A DNA stretch of 64,000 nt from Bacteroidota bacterium (GTDB lineage: Bacteria; Bacteroidota; Bacteroidia; 2-12-FULL-35-15): the NCBI GenBank assembly GCA_021323165.1, contig JAJTCJ010000026.1, forward strand, positions 1,804 through 65,803. Reading direction: 5' to 3'. Positions within the stretch are counted from its first letter, which is position 1; each line of letters begins with the position of its first letter. Position numbers and translations under genes: made by a program. This document shows, one piece after another, positions 41,511 through 51,494 of this stretch. The notes beneath the pieces are model-generated. The model searched no databases, was not told the DNA's origin, and saw only the letters and a program-made list of their open reading frames with translations.

Positions 41511-41697
41511 AAGCACAGCCCCTAACAGCAACTTTGAGCTATGCGGGATTCGTGCTAGTTCGCAAATGCAAATTAAGGTGCTTCGCGAAATCCTTGGCAT
41601 TTGCTAATTTACTTTTGTACATTTAATAAAGTTTTTCGGTTAAGACAATGTTGTGCTTTTAAACCCGCACAGCGCAAAGCTGCAAACCGTTAGCAGC
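41511..41697 (+). other. attC-like recombination site
   Basis: CCCTAAC (41520-41526) ... GTTAGCA (41689-41695) with a 20-bp inner stem (17/20 paired) and an internal GCAAATGC/GCATTTGC stem. Confidence 0.7.
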
Positions 41698-41716
41698 AAG
41701 CAAACAGACAACAATA

Positions 41717-42517
41717 ATGACGACACAAATAATAATAGTTTTAGTTCTGACTTTTATAATTAATCTAATTACGACACTTTCGTATTCGGTTAGAATTGTG
41801 GGTATTCGGACAGGAAGAATTGCTATATCCTTTGCATTGTTTAACATTCTTGTGCTTGTTTCACGAACGGCAAATGGATTTCAAGCGCCTTTACTTGCAA
41901 AGACGGTTGAAAATGACATCAAGGCTGGCATTTATGGTAACGAATTCACTTTTCGCCTTATCATATTCTCATGCACAATTGCGACAATATGCGGTGCAGT
42001 TCTTATACCTACATTCCAGAGAATTCTATCCAGAGCAGTTCTTAATTTCAGTGTCCATAAATCAATGTCCAGATTGCTTGTTCACGGTTTTTCAAAGGCT
42101 GGCATTCTATATTTTAAGGATAATATGACTGTTCCAGCAAAGGAGAATATAACTCAACTAAAAACTGACACAGAATTCCCCTGGAAAATATTTATACTTA
42201 ACACTCTTGCGGTTGCTATACTAACAATAGGTGTTTTATCAGCGGTTTACGCTTCCTATCTTAATCCAGACTTTAGAACAACAGCTAGCAATCTTTCTGC
42301 ATTTATCAATGGTTTGGCGACTATATTAATGTTTGTGATCATCGACCCCCATCTGTCCGCAATGACAGATGATGTAACTTTAGGACAATGTTCAGAAGGA
42401 ACATTTAGAAAATACATTGTCTACATGACAATTGCCAGACTTCTTGGAACTATTTTGGCGCAAGTACTTTTCATTCCTGGCGCAGAATTTCTTGCATGGG
42501 TAGCGACAATTATATAA
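41717..42517 (+). CDS. amj: Lipid II flippase Amj family (DUF2837) protein (cassette 2)
   Basis: TLSYSVRIVG.RT.RIA.S.ALFN...LVSR..N.FQAP; S..INGLATIL....IDP; RLLGT.LAQ. Confidence 0.8.
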   Translation: MTTQIIIVLVLTFIINLITTLSYSVRIVGIRTGRIAISFALFNILVLVSRTANGFQAPLLAKTVENDIKAGIYGNEFTFRLIIFSCTIATICGAVLIPTFQRILSRAVLNFSVHKSMSRLLVHGFSKAGILYFKDNMTVPAKENITQLKTDTEFPWKIFILNTLAVAILTIGVLSAVYASYLNPDFRTTASNLSAFINGLATILMFVIIDPHLSAMTDDVTLGQCSEGTFRKYIVYMTIARLLGTILAQVLFIPGAEFLAWVATII

Positions 42518-42637
42518 AGAGCTTCTATTGCCCAGCAGCTAACACAGGTCTAATGCCATTAGGGCATCTTGCTCCGCACAAATTTGACTATATTTGATAG
42601 TACCTCATCTCCATTAGAACAAACGCTACAGTACAAA

Positions 42638-43573
42638 ATGAAAAAAGCCCTACTTCTTCTTCTACTTTTTTGTTTTAGCTTTGCATCTTTAAACGGACAA
42701 ACAACTTACCATCCTTTCCCTACTACATCAGCTATCTGGACCGAGTATTATAATACAATGGGTTCAATAAGTCAAAGCCAACTGGGAATTTTTGGTGATA
42801 CCATTCTTGGATCTGATACATATCATAAATTGTATGCAAGTAGTATTCCTTGCGCTGATACTCTCATGACTCAAGGCAATTCTTTTCTATATGGCGCAAT
42901 CAGAGAAGACAGCTTAAAAAGAGTTTATTATTACCCCTTTGGTTCAACCACCTTTTGCCAGCCAGACATTAGTTATAAAATATATGATTTTTCAAAAACA
43001 ACACCTGGCGATACAATTCAATTTGATACTTCCTCGGCTTCAAGCTGCTATCCATTACCAACAAGATATATTACAATAGATTATGTTGACTCCATTTTAA
43101 TTAATAATTCCTATAGAAAATATTTTCACTTTTTAGAATGTGAGCCCTGGATAGAAGGGATTGGAAGCTTACGTAATTTATTAGCGATGATCAGTCCGGC
43201 ACCTGCCTGTTCCTGCTTCAGTGCGCTTCTTTGCAACAAACAGAATGATTCTCTTTTTTACATGAATCCTGTTTATAATTATTGTTACTGTGATTTAGGC
43301 ACTAACATACCAACCAGTGAAGAAAAGGAATTATTCACAATCTATCCCAATCCGTTTACAACATCAACAACCTTCATCAGCAATAATCAATTAACGAACT
43401 CCACTTTAACCATCTTCAATTCTGCTGGGCAGAGAGTTAAATTCCTTGAAAATATTTCAGGTGAAACAATTACTATTTCACGCGACAATCTGTCGGATGG
43501 TATTTATTATTTAACAGTAATGGAAGGCGGAACAATAGTTTCGGCACATAAATTACTGATTCACGACAAGTAA
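42638..43573 (+). CDS. T9SS type A sorting domain protein
   Basis: Signal peptide from MKKALL; GDT, IRED, YDF, WIEGIGS, IYPNP CTD; -7 element TATATTTG at 42589. Confidence 0.85.
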   Translation: MKKALLLLLLFCFSFASLNGQTTYHPFPTTSAIWTEYYNTMGSISQSQLGIFGDTILGSDTYHKLYASSIPCADTLMTQGNSFLYGAIREDSLKRVYYYPFGSTTFCQPDISYKIYDFSKTTPGDTIQFDTSSASSCYPLPTRYITIDYVDSILINNSYRKYFHFLECEPWIEGIGSLRNLLAMISPAPACSCFSALLCNKQNDSLFYMNPVYNYCYCDLGTNIPTSEEKELFTIYPNPFTTSTTFISNNQLTNSTLTIFNSAGQRVKFLENISGETITISRDNLSDGIYYLTVMEGGTIVSAHKLLIHDK

Positions 43574-43574
43574 G

Positions 43575-44024
43575 ATGAAACAATATTTTTTCACAATATT
43601 TCTTCTTTGCATAGGATTTTTAGGTGTTGGGCAAACCGATACGGTTATACAGAACCAGGAGTCTGCTCCCAAAAACAAAACTATTCAAATAATGCCCAAA
43701 TTCCCGGGTGGAGAACAGGCGATCTATAAAATTGTTTCAGACAGTATGGTATACCCAAAACTTGCTGCTAAAGAGAGAATAGGCGGCAGAATTATTATTC
43801 AGTTTACAGTTGATACAATGGGGAACATTGCTGATGTAAAAATCATGAGAGGAATTCGTGAAGACTTAGACAAGGAAGCAATAAGATTGATCTATCTGCT
43901 CAATGGCTGGACACCCGGAACTGAAAACGGGAAGAAAGTCAGGGTTTCGTTTAATTTACCTCTGTATTTTTACCCAGATGAAAAGTTTAGAAAAAAATAC
44001 AAAAAAGAGAATTCTATCAAATAA
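43575..44024 (+). CDS. Energy transducer TonB C-terminal domain protein
   Basis: MPKFPGG, YP..A....IGG..I.QF.VD..G, LDKEAIR, WTPG.ENGKKVRV. Confidence 0.88.
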   Translation: MKQYFFTIFLLCIGFLGVGQTDTVIQNQESAPKNKTIQIMPKFPGGEQAIYKIVSDSMVYPKLAAKERIGGRIIIQFTVDTMGNIADVKIMRGIREDLDKEAIRLIYLLNGWTPGTENGKKVRVSFNLPLYFYPDEKFRKKYKKENSIK

Positions 44025-44061
44025 CCGCTATAAAATACAAGGCCAAACATAACCCAACAAT

Positions 44062-44667
44062 ATGAAATCAAAACTATTAACACTTTCAATTCTCTTACTG
44101 ACAACCCTATTCATAGGTTTTGCAAATAAATATGAAATTAAACCTTGCTTTATTTCATTTAAGACAGCAACAAACCTGACTGCTGCTGATCCTGACAGGC
44201 TGCCCGAAACCGCTGAAAAAAGCAGGACTGTAAAAACAGACAAAGGCGAAGTGGAAGTTACCTGCATTGACGGCTACAGAATTTTATATAATAATGCTAA
44301 AAAAGCACCATTCGTAAATCTGAAAGTGGAGCTATCTGAAAAAAAATTGTATGCCAACGACCAGGAAAAACTTATTGCCAATCTAAAATATTTAAATTCG
44401 AACTCAACAGGTATGGAAACCCCTGACCTCATCGAACTTGAATTTAATGGATATAAGATCTACGGACTCAGCCGGGGATCAATTGAAAAAGGAAGTAATT
44501 TGGGAACATTTATTATGTTTCCCGGAGATGGGATAATAGTTTATTTCTATTTCAACAATATGAAACCCGAATTTAGAAATTTTGAAAGCGTTGAAGATTA
44601 CAAAAAACAACGTAATAGATTTATGGACGAATACACGAGGTATTTGACAATGTGTAAGGACAAATAA
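44062..44667 (+). CDS. Hypothetical exported protein
   Basis: 201-aa ORF with N-terminal hydrophobic segment. Confidence 0.7.
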   Translation: MKSKLLTLSILLLTTLFIGFANKYEIKPCFISFKTATNLTAADPDRLPETAEKSRTVKTDKGEVEVTCIDGYRILYNNAKKAPFVNLKVELSEKKLYANDQEKLIANLKYLNSNSTGMETPDLIELEFNGYKIYGLSRGSIEKGSNLGTFIMFPGDGIIVYFYFNNMKPEFRNFESVEDYKKQRNRFMDEYTRYLTMCKDK

Positions 44668-44763
44668 ATATTAGATCGTCAAAATTATCAGTGTACCACT
44701 TTTGAAACGCATGAATTAAAATTACAACAAGGCGATACTTGGGCCAGGCTAAGAACATTTAAT

Positions 44764-45216
44764 ATGAAATTAAACTACACTTTTACTATTATATTATTTG
44801 CTTTTTCATTTTTACTTTTCTCTTTTGCTGATAATAATTCAAATGAAAAGATTGATAGAATATTAAACGCGGACACAATTGCGTTCGATATCTACTCAGG
44901 TGGATGCTTTAGTAGCTCAGATAATTTTATAGTTATTTTAAAAAAGGACCAAGAGAATTATTTACTGTCATTAACTAATAATAAAAAGAAGGTGACACAA
45001 AAACATATTAAAGGTTACACCTTGAGAAAGTTTGGAGAAAGCTTTAAAAAAGAAATGGCCAAAGAATATACATCAGGGTGTACTACTTCAACTACCTTTG
45101 TTTTAAGTTCAAAAGGAGACACTGTAAGTTTTAATTACCATGTTTGTAACTCAACACACACACCTGCGAAAGAATTTAGCAAAACTTTAGGAATAAAATT
45201 AGAAACCGAGAACTAG
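44764..45216 (+). CDS. Hypothetical exported protein
   Basis: 150-aa ORF with signal peptide; S.GCF and GCT cysteines. Confidence 0.65.
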   Translation: MKLNYTFTIILFAFSFLLFSFADNNSNEKIDRILNADTIAFDIYSGGCFSSSDNFIVILKKDQENYLLSLTNNKKKVTQKHIKGYTLRKFGESFKKEMAKEYTSGCTTSTTFVLSSKGDTVSFNYHVCNSTHTPAKEFSKTLGIKLETEN

Positions 45217-45296
45217 CTAATCTATTATTACAGGCAAACAAATTGATTACGGGAAACTATTAAGTTTAAGAAATTAAACGAAAAAAAAATTATATT

Positions 45297-45935
45297 ATGA
45301 AAAAAAAATCAAACTTCTCCTTCCTATTCATTCTATTTATCACTATTACTTCTTGCGGCAATTCCGATCCAAACAATGAAATTGACGAAGGAAACATTAA
45401 AGGTGAAATATATGAAAGCAAAGAAATCGGCTGGACAATAGAAATTCCTAAGGGTTGGGAAATTGTTTCGCGTGACCAAGTTGAAGCTGCTAATGAAAAA
45501 GGAAGCCAAGCCATGGAAAAAGTGACAGGCCAGGAAGTTGACACCAAAACAATGAAAAATTTAATCAGTTTTCAGAAAGATAAGTTCAATCTGCTTGGTT
45601 CAACATCTGAACCTTTTGTTGAAGAATATCCAAATGAATACCTGATCAATAACCAGAAAATTTATGAGATCCTGTATGATACATTTAAAAGCCAGGGAAT
45701 TAAAGCGGACACATCCACAGGGAAAGAGCTGGTTGACAATTTAGAGTTTGATACTTTCTACACCACTATTTATTCTCCAAAAGGTGAAATAATTTTAAAT
45801 CAGGTTTTATATGGAAGATTAATAAATGGTCTTAGTTTCGGTGTAACTATTTGCTATAACAATCCGGAAGATAAAAACACATTGCTTAATGCGTGGAGAG
45901 ATTCTAAATTTAAAAAGACAGATCATCATCAATAA
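45297..45935 (+). CDS. Hypothetical lipoprotein
   Basis: Lipobox ITSC; EIGWTIEIPKGW. Confidence 0.75.
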   Translation: MKKKSNFSFLFILFITITSCGNSDPNNEIDEGNIKGEIYESKEIGWTIEIPKGWEIVSRDQVEAANEKGSQAMEKVTGQEVDTKTMKNLISFQKDKFNLLGSTSEPFVEEYPNEYLINNQKIYEILYDTFKSQGIKADTSTGKELVDNLEFDTFYTTIYSPKGEIILNQVLYGRLINGLSFGVTICYNNPEDKNTLLNAWRDSKFKKTDHHQ

Positions 45936-45963
45936 GCTAAAATTGGATTGATTAACTGACCAA

Positions 45964-47370
45964 ATGAAAAAAAACTTACTCGCAATACTTTTCTTATTCA
46001 GTGTGACTGCTTTTTATGGTCAGGAAAGAATAGATGAAAATAAAATTTATCAAAACATAAAAGACTTCAGTGAGTTTCAAATATTCATGAACTCCAACTA
46101 TACCAATATTCAAAATTGGTATTTTGTGCAATCAGGAAAAACGCCACAGAAAGAGGAAACCAGAAAAAACGTTTATGATGAATATCCAACAATCAAGAAA
46201 AAAATATTAAGTTCAATAGACCCTTTTTTCAAAGATCAAGCTATCATCATATTTAAAAAATCCGATTCGCTTATTTCCATTTCTACAAAAGTAATAACCG
46301 TTCTGGATTCATTTTCCTCATATGAAGACCCCCTTTCTTCAATGCAGCTATATGATCCTGTCATTGATACGATGCCAAAACTTAATATATCCTTAAAGAA
46401 AGAAATAGATGAATTGTTGCTATTATTAAACAAGGCGTATTTCACACAAATAACAGATAGAGAATATAAAAGCAAAATTATCAGAATTACATTAATTTTT
46501 GCATCACTTTTAATATTATTAGTTTTTATTTTCTTGATTTCAACAATTAGATCAAAGAAAAAAATTCAAAAGCAAAAGTATGAAGTTGAAAAACAAAAAC
46601 ATTTAATAGAAGAAAAAAACCGTGAAATTACCGACAGTATTTCTTATGCTCTACGCATCCAAACGGCAATTCTTCCTCCACAAAAAATAGTAAAGCAGTA
46701 TTTAGAAAACTCCTTTATACTCTACAAGCCAAAAGACATAGTAGCAGGAGACTTTTACTGGATGGAAACAGTTGATGATTTAATCTTATTTGCTGCTTGT
46801 GATTGCACTGGGCATGGAGTACCAGGTGCAATGGTTTCGGTAGTATGTCACAATGCACTTAACCGTGCTGTAAGAGAATTTAGAATAACACAACCTTCAG
46901 CTATTCTTGATAAAACAACAGAAATTGTTATTGAGAATTTTGCAAAAAGTGAAGAAGACATTAAAGATGGAATGGATATTTCACTTTGCGCTTATAATCC
47001 AAAAACTCAAACACTCCAGTGGTCTGGAGCTAACAATCCCTTGTGGCTAATAAAAAACAACGAGTTAATAGAAATTAAAGCTGATAAGCAGCCGATAGGA
47101 ATGAATGAGAATGGTAAGCCTTTTACAAATCATCAGTTTTCGTTAAATAAAAACGATAGCATTTTCCTATTCACTGATGGCTTTGCTGATCAATTTGGTG
47201 GCGAAACCGGTGGTAAAAAATTAACTCGTAAAAGATTCAAACAATTATTATTAAGCATTCAAGATAAGCCAATGCATAATCAGGGTATAATTTTAGACAA
47301 TTTTATTATTGATTATAGAAAAGAAGTTGAGCAAATTGATGATATCCTCGTTATGGGGGTGAGAGTCTAA
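45964..47370 (+). CDS. Membrane-anchored SpoIIE/PP2C-family Ser/Thr phosphatase
   Basis: Periplasmic N-part, TM, coiled coil; IQ.AILP, VAGDFYW, DCTGHGVPGA, DGMD, TDGFADQFGG, QIDDI. Confidence 0.92.
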   Translation: MKKNLLAILFLFSVTAFYGQERIDENKIYQNIKDFSEFQIFMNSNYTNIQNWYFVQSGKTPQKEETRKNVYDEYPTIKKKILSSIDPFFKDQAIIIFKKSDSLISISTKVITVLDSFSSYEDPLSSMQLYDPVIDTMPKLNISLKKEIDELLLLLNKAYFTQITDREYKSKIIRITLIFASLLILLVFIFLISTIRSKKKIQKQKYEVEKQKHLIEEKNREITDSISYALRIQTAILPPQKIVKQYLENSFILYKPKDIVAGDFYWMETVDDLILFAACDCTGHGVPGAMVSVVCHNALNRAVREFRITQPSAILDKTTEIVIENFAKSEEDIKDGMDISLCAYNPKTQTLQWSGANNPLWLIKNNELIEIKADKQPIGMNENGKPFTNHQFSLNKNDSIFLFTDGFADQFGGETGGKKLTRKRFKQLLLSIQDKPMHNQGIILDNFIIDYRKEVEQIDDILVMGVRV

Positions 47371-47395
47371 AACCAACTAATAATTATTCATTACA

Positions 47396-47947
47396 ATGCA
47401 ATTCGAAACAATTGAAACACCCAGCCTTCTCCTAAAAGCACTTTCTCCTCAGTACATGAAGCATATTTTTGAGAATCATTCAGACGAAGAGATAAAGATG
47501 ATTTTGGGGCACCAATCAGAAAAAGATTTTTTAGACGAAAAAGACAAATACCAGGATGGGTATTTCGCTTATGACCCCAGCTTTAAAAAATTTCTTATGA
47601 CAGATAAAGAATCGGGAACCACTATCGGACGCTGCGGCTTTCATAACTGGAATAAAGGGCACAGGCGGGCTGAAATTGGCTATACCATGACGAACGAAAA
47701 TTATAAGAGAAAAGGGTTCATGACAGAAGCTGCGGAAGCAATTATAGAATACGGCTTCAACAAAATGAATTTACACAGAATTGAAGCGCTGGTAGGTCCG
47801 GCAAATGTTCCTTCTTTGAGGATAATGGAAAAGTTTAACTTTGTAAAGGAAGGAATATTAAGAGAACATCATTTAACTGCAGATAAGTTTGAAAACTCAT
47901 TTATGTTTTCGAAGCTGCATCATGAATTTGTAAAAGAAAAATTATAA
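47396..47947 (+). CDS. GNAT acetyltransferase (RimJ/RimL family)
   Basis: AEIGY, RKGFMTEA, LHRIEA...N.PS...EK.NF.KEG.LR. Confidence 0.9.
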   Translation: MQFETIETPSLLLKALSPQYMKHIFENHSDEEIKMILGHQSEKDFLDEKDKYQDGYFAYDPSFKKFLMTDKESGTTIGRCGFHNWNKGHRRAEIGYTMTNENYKRKGFMTEAAEAIIEYGFNKMNLHRIEALVGPANVPSLRIMEKFNFVKEGILREHHLTADKFENSFMFSKLHHEFVKEKL

Positions 47948-47964
47948 ATTATAAACCAAAAACT

Positions 47965-48132
47965 ATGTTAAGATTATATATGCCCCTGGCTTTTTTAGTC
48001 CTTTTTATTGGCTGGATCTTGTATCGTTTACTTGTTAAGAGAGACCTGAAGAAAAATTTAAATGGCGTGTATATGGGATTATTCTTTATAGAAGTGTGGT
48101 CAGTGATCTTTTATTTATGTTTAAATAATTAA
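47965..48132 (+). CDS. Small two-TM membrane protein (55 aa), absent from the ORF track
   Basis: MLRLYMPLAFLVLFIGWILYRLLVKRDLKKNLNGVYMGLFFIEVWSVIFYLCLNN*; fills the gap between the GNAT and KOW genes. Confidence 0.65.
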   Translation: MLRLYMPLAFLVLFIGWILYRLLVKRDLKKNLNGVYMGLFFIEVWSVIFYLCLNN

Positions 48133-48140
48133 CCCTAGAA

Positions 48141-48332
48141 ATGAAAACTCCAACAACCATAAAACTAAGAGATGGTGATCAATGCAAGGTAATTGCAGGA
48201 ACACATGCAGGAAAATCAGGGACAGTAACGGATATAAACACCAGCAAAACAGGTCATATCACAATCACTGTTGTTCAAAAGAATGGTGGTCGCTTTAAGA
48301 CTCTTGGAAAGAATGTGGTGGTAGAGAGCTAA
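48141..48332 (+). CDS. Small KOW-motif protein
   Basis: GDQCKVIAGTHAGKSGTV KOW motif. Confidence 0.8.
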   Translation: MKTPTTIKLRDGDQCKVIAGTHAGKSGTVTDINTSKTGHITITVVQKNGGRFKTLGKNVVVES

Positions 48333-48341
48333 GAGTTTGAC

Positions 48342-49220
48342 TTACGCAAACCTTTTCAAGATCATCTCCACTTCCATCACATAACTACCTCCAAAAAGAT
48401 TGACATGAACCATTAGCGGGTAGAGATTACAAAGGTCAATCCTTTCTTTCCAGCCATTCTCCAGCGGAAAATGTTCATTGTAAGCCCGATAAAACGAATC
48501 ATCAAAACCACCGAATAACTTTGTCATTGCAATATCCATTTCACGGTGACCATAATAAACAGCGGGATCAAAAATACAGGGAGTATTTTCTTTACTGATC
48601 ATAAAATTCCCACTCCAGAGATCACCATGTAATAACGAAGGTTTTTCGGATGGAAATAAATTATCCATTTTCTTAAAGAGCTTTTCAAACAATACATTCA
48701 TTGCTGAATTGACTTTTCTGTCATCAAATGCCAGCTTCAACTGTTTCCTTAATCGTTCTTCGATAAAAAATTCTGACCAGGATGAATGAAAAGAATTTGT
48801 TTGCTTCAATGATCCAATATAATTATCCTGATCAAGTCCGAAATACTTATTTGTATGAGAATGCATATCCGCAAACAACCGGCCGAATTCCCTGAAAGAG
48901 GCAGAAGTCTTTGAGCCCGCTTCAATGTATTCAAGAACAAGAAAACTTGTTTCGGTGCTTTTGTTTAAAACAATAAATTCAGGAATTTTTAATGTGGAAT
49001 TATCTGCGAGAAGCTGAAGGCCTTTTACTTCCGCTTCAAACATTCCGGGAAATTTATCCGGATCGTTTAACTTAAGGAAGTAAGAACCATTTGTGGTTTC
49101 TATCCGATAAGCATCATTGATACTTCCACCACTTACACTTTCATATTTTGAAATATGAATTGGCTTGCCAAATTTCTCCGACAAGTTTTCTTCTATGAAA
49201 GATCTGACTGAAGCTTTCAA
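48342..49220 (-). CDS. Fructosamine kinase family protein
   Basis: VSGGSIN, MFEAE..GL, LLHGDLWSGN, DPAVYYGHREMDIAM. Confidence 0.93.
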   Translation of the reverse strand: MKASVRSFIEENLSEKFGKPIHISKYESVSGGSINDAYRIETTNGSYFLKLNDPDKFPGMFEAEVKGLQLLADNSTLKIPEFIVLNKSTETSFLVLEYIEAGSKTSASFREFGRLFADMHSHTNKYFGLDQDNYIGSLKQTNSFHSSWSEFFIEERLRKQLKLAFDDRKVNSAMNVLFEKLFKKMDNLFPSEKPSLLHGDLWSGNFMISKENTPCIFDPAVYYGHREMDIAMTKLFGGFDDSFYRAYNEHFPLENGWKERIDLCNLYPLMVHVNLFGGSYVMEVEMILKRFA

Positions 49221-49224
49221 GGTC

Positions 49225-51228
49225 TTACTTCGGTTGTGGCGGAATTAAGCCCAGCTTTTCAAGATCTTCCAGGTAAACACGCTTACCATTGTATATAGCA
49301 GTTACGAAAGCATCCTTTTGTCCGGCCGCACGAACCTTATCCTTATGTCCAGATGCTTCATTTAAAGTTTTAAATGAACCTCCGATGGTGAATCGGGTTA
49401 TACCGTCATTCAGAACCAGCTTTTCCACTTTACCCATACCTTTTAAGAACTGGTAGTTGTAATTTTTAGGAAGGTTGTATGCAGCAATCTGAACTTTAAA
49501 TTCCAGGCCTTCTTTGGTAGAATTACCTATATCGCTTACCGGAGGTGTTGTCACAGGAACTGGTGGAATAGGTTTTACTGCAGCCGTATCTGTTTTTGCT
49601 AAAAGAGAATCTGTCTTTGGAAGTGTATCTTTTGGAATATTAAAATTAATATTCACCACTTTTTCTGTAAACTCAGCTAAAGCGATAGCCTCCACTTTCA
49701 CTGTTTGAGAAGGATAATCCTTTAATGAATATGTAACTTTATAATTCGCACCGGCAGGTAAGTTCACAAGATAATCTCCGCTAAGGGAATTGGAAGTAAA
49801 ATCTCGGTACACCTGATTCTTGTCTTCGATCTCTACTTTAATTGAAGCCATAACTGCCTTGTCATCAACCGTTGTTTTTCCGCTTAGCATATATACAGGA
49901 GGAGCTTTTATGATATTACTTACATCAACGGTGTAGATATCCTGCAATCCGAATCCTCCGGCTTTTCCGGAAGCATAATATCCGCGCTTTCCATTTGCCG
50001 CGAGCACAAAATAAATATCTTCATCCGGGGTATTAATAGGATAGCCCAGGTTAACCGGCTTTGTCCATGACGAATCTTTCGGATCAATGGTTGATTTAAA
50101 AATATCGTAATAACCCATACTGTTCCAGCCTTTTGAGCTGTATAGTAACGTTACACCATCAGGATGAATAAAAGGAGCATCATCATCATAAACAGTATTT
50201 ATGGTCGGACCAAGGTTGGTAACTCTTCCCCATGATCCGTCCTGCATCAGAGTTGCACGATAAAGATCCTTTCCACCATAACCACCGGATTTCTCGCTGG
50301 AAAAATAAAGTGTTTTTTCATCAGCAGTCAATGAAGCGCTTCCCTCCCATGCACCTGTATTCACATCCCCAACAAGCTTTTCGGGCGTGCTCCAGCTTTC
50401 ACCGGTGAGGGTGCTTAAATAAATATCACCTCCATCATAACTGTTATCACGGAAAATAAATAATTTTTGTCCGTCATTGGAGATAGCGATAGCTGCATCA
50501 TGAACATTTGTATTGATATTCGGCCCGATACTGCTTGGAGAAACCCAGTGATCGCCTTCTTTATGAGTTATAAAAACATCTTCATAATAGATACCAAGCT
50601 CATCCGACATGTTCATTGCATTCTGCTTACCTCCTGTACTCTGATCTCCGCGATATGTAAATATCATCACCTGTTCATCTGAAGAGATCACCGGAACATA
50701 CTCCGAATTAACCGTATTCATTATCTCACCGATATTTTCTATTTGTGCTTCTACAGGTGCAGCAACCAGTACCTTTGCATTCTTACAATATTCTGCAAGC
50801 TGTAAGGCTTTTAGTTTTTTCTCTTCAGTTATTTTTTTATTGGAAGTAAATTTCTCAATAGAAGCCAAAGCCTCATCAAACTTATAGTTGTAATGATATG
50901 CTCTTGCCAGATCGTATTCTATGTCCCCCGCTTTTTTATTCTTTTCATACACCTGGAGCAAAAGTTCAAGTGCACGGCCATGCATATCACTTCTGTATAA
51001 CCCACAGGTTCCCACAACATATTTCAGATACATTTCTTTAGGATGGCTTTGTAACAATGCATCAAAGATTGGCAGTGCCATGACAAAATTCTCATCTTCA
51101 AACATTGCCTGTGCCTTAACAAGAGAATCAGTTTCAGTTTTTCTCCATTTACGCGTTTTCATTGTTCCCTGGGAGAACAATGTATTTGAATAAACAATAA
51201 CAGTCAGCAGAAGTATAACTTTTTGCAT
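49225..51228 (-). CDS. TPR + PD40 beta-propeller + SPOR-like domain protein
   Basis: TPRs; PD40 motifs (NLGPTINT, PFIHPDG, GGYGGKDLY); terminal FKVQIAAY...DAFV.A. Confidence 0.85.
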   Translation of the reverse strand: MQKVILLLTVIVYSNTLFSQGTMKTRKWRKTETDSLVKAQAMFEDENFVMALPIFDALLQSHPKEMYLKYVVGTCGLYRSDMHGRALELLLQVYEKNKKAGDIEYDLARAYHYNYKFDEALASIEKFTSNKKITEEKKLKALQLAEYCKNAKVLVAAPVEAQIENIGEIMNTVNSEYVPVISSDEQVMIFTYRGDQSTGGKQNAMNMSDELGIYYEDVFITHKEGDHWVSPSSIGPNINTNVHDAAIAISNDGQKLFIFRDNSYDGGDIYLSTLTGESWSTPEKLVGDVNTGAWEGSASLTADEKTLYFSSEKSGGYGGKDLYRATLMQDGSWGRVTNLGPTINTVYDDDAPFIHPDGVTLLYSSKGWNSMGYYDIFKSTIDPKDSSWTKPVNLGYPINTPDEDIYFVLAANGKRGYYASGKAGGFGLQDIYTVDVSNIIKAPPVYMLSGKTTVDDKAVMASIKVEIEDKNQVYRDFTSNSLSGDYLVNLPAGANYKVTYSLKDYPSQTVKVEAIALAEFTEKVVNINFNIPKDTLPKTDSLLAKTDTAAVKPIPPVPVTTPPVSDIGNSTKEGLEFKVQIAAYNLPKNYNYQFLKGMGKVEKLVLNDGITRFTIGGSFKTLNEASGHKDKVRAAGQKDAFVTAIYNGKRVYLEDLEKLGLIPPQPK

Positions 51229-51278
51229 AAGAATAAAGATTGATGGGCTTTCTCAAAAATAACTAAATTTACGTATAA

Positions 51279-51494
51279 ATGAATCTGAAGGTTCCACATA
51301 CTCCAAATATGTTCCGCGAAAATATTCGTATCGGGCTTGAAGTTGATGTTGTTTTAAAGAAAGATCAGCGAACAGGCAAAAGAACACGCGGAAAAGTTCG
51401 TGCAATATTAACCAGCAGTCCGTTCCATTCAAGAGGCATAAAGGTCATGCTTGATACAAGACAGGTTGGCCGGGTACAGGAAATAATCGGTTAG
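51279..51494 (+). CDS. YwbE family (DUF2196) protein
   Basis: VLKKDQRTGK.TRG.V..ILT.S..H.RGIKV.L...QVGRV. Confidence 0.88.
   Translation: MNLKVPHTPNMFRENIRIGLEVDVVLKKDQRTGKRTRGKVRAILTSSPFHSRGIKVMLDTRQVGRVQEIIG

Noticed and set aside
41659..41847. 62-aa minus-strand ORF ending LAANGLQLCAVRV
   Set aside because: Antisense read through amj and the attC-like palindrome.
40586..48332. Prophage or complete integron
   Set aside because: No phage structural genes, integrase or recognisable attI in the window.
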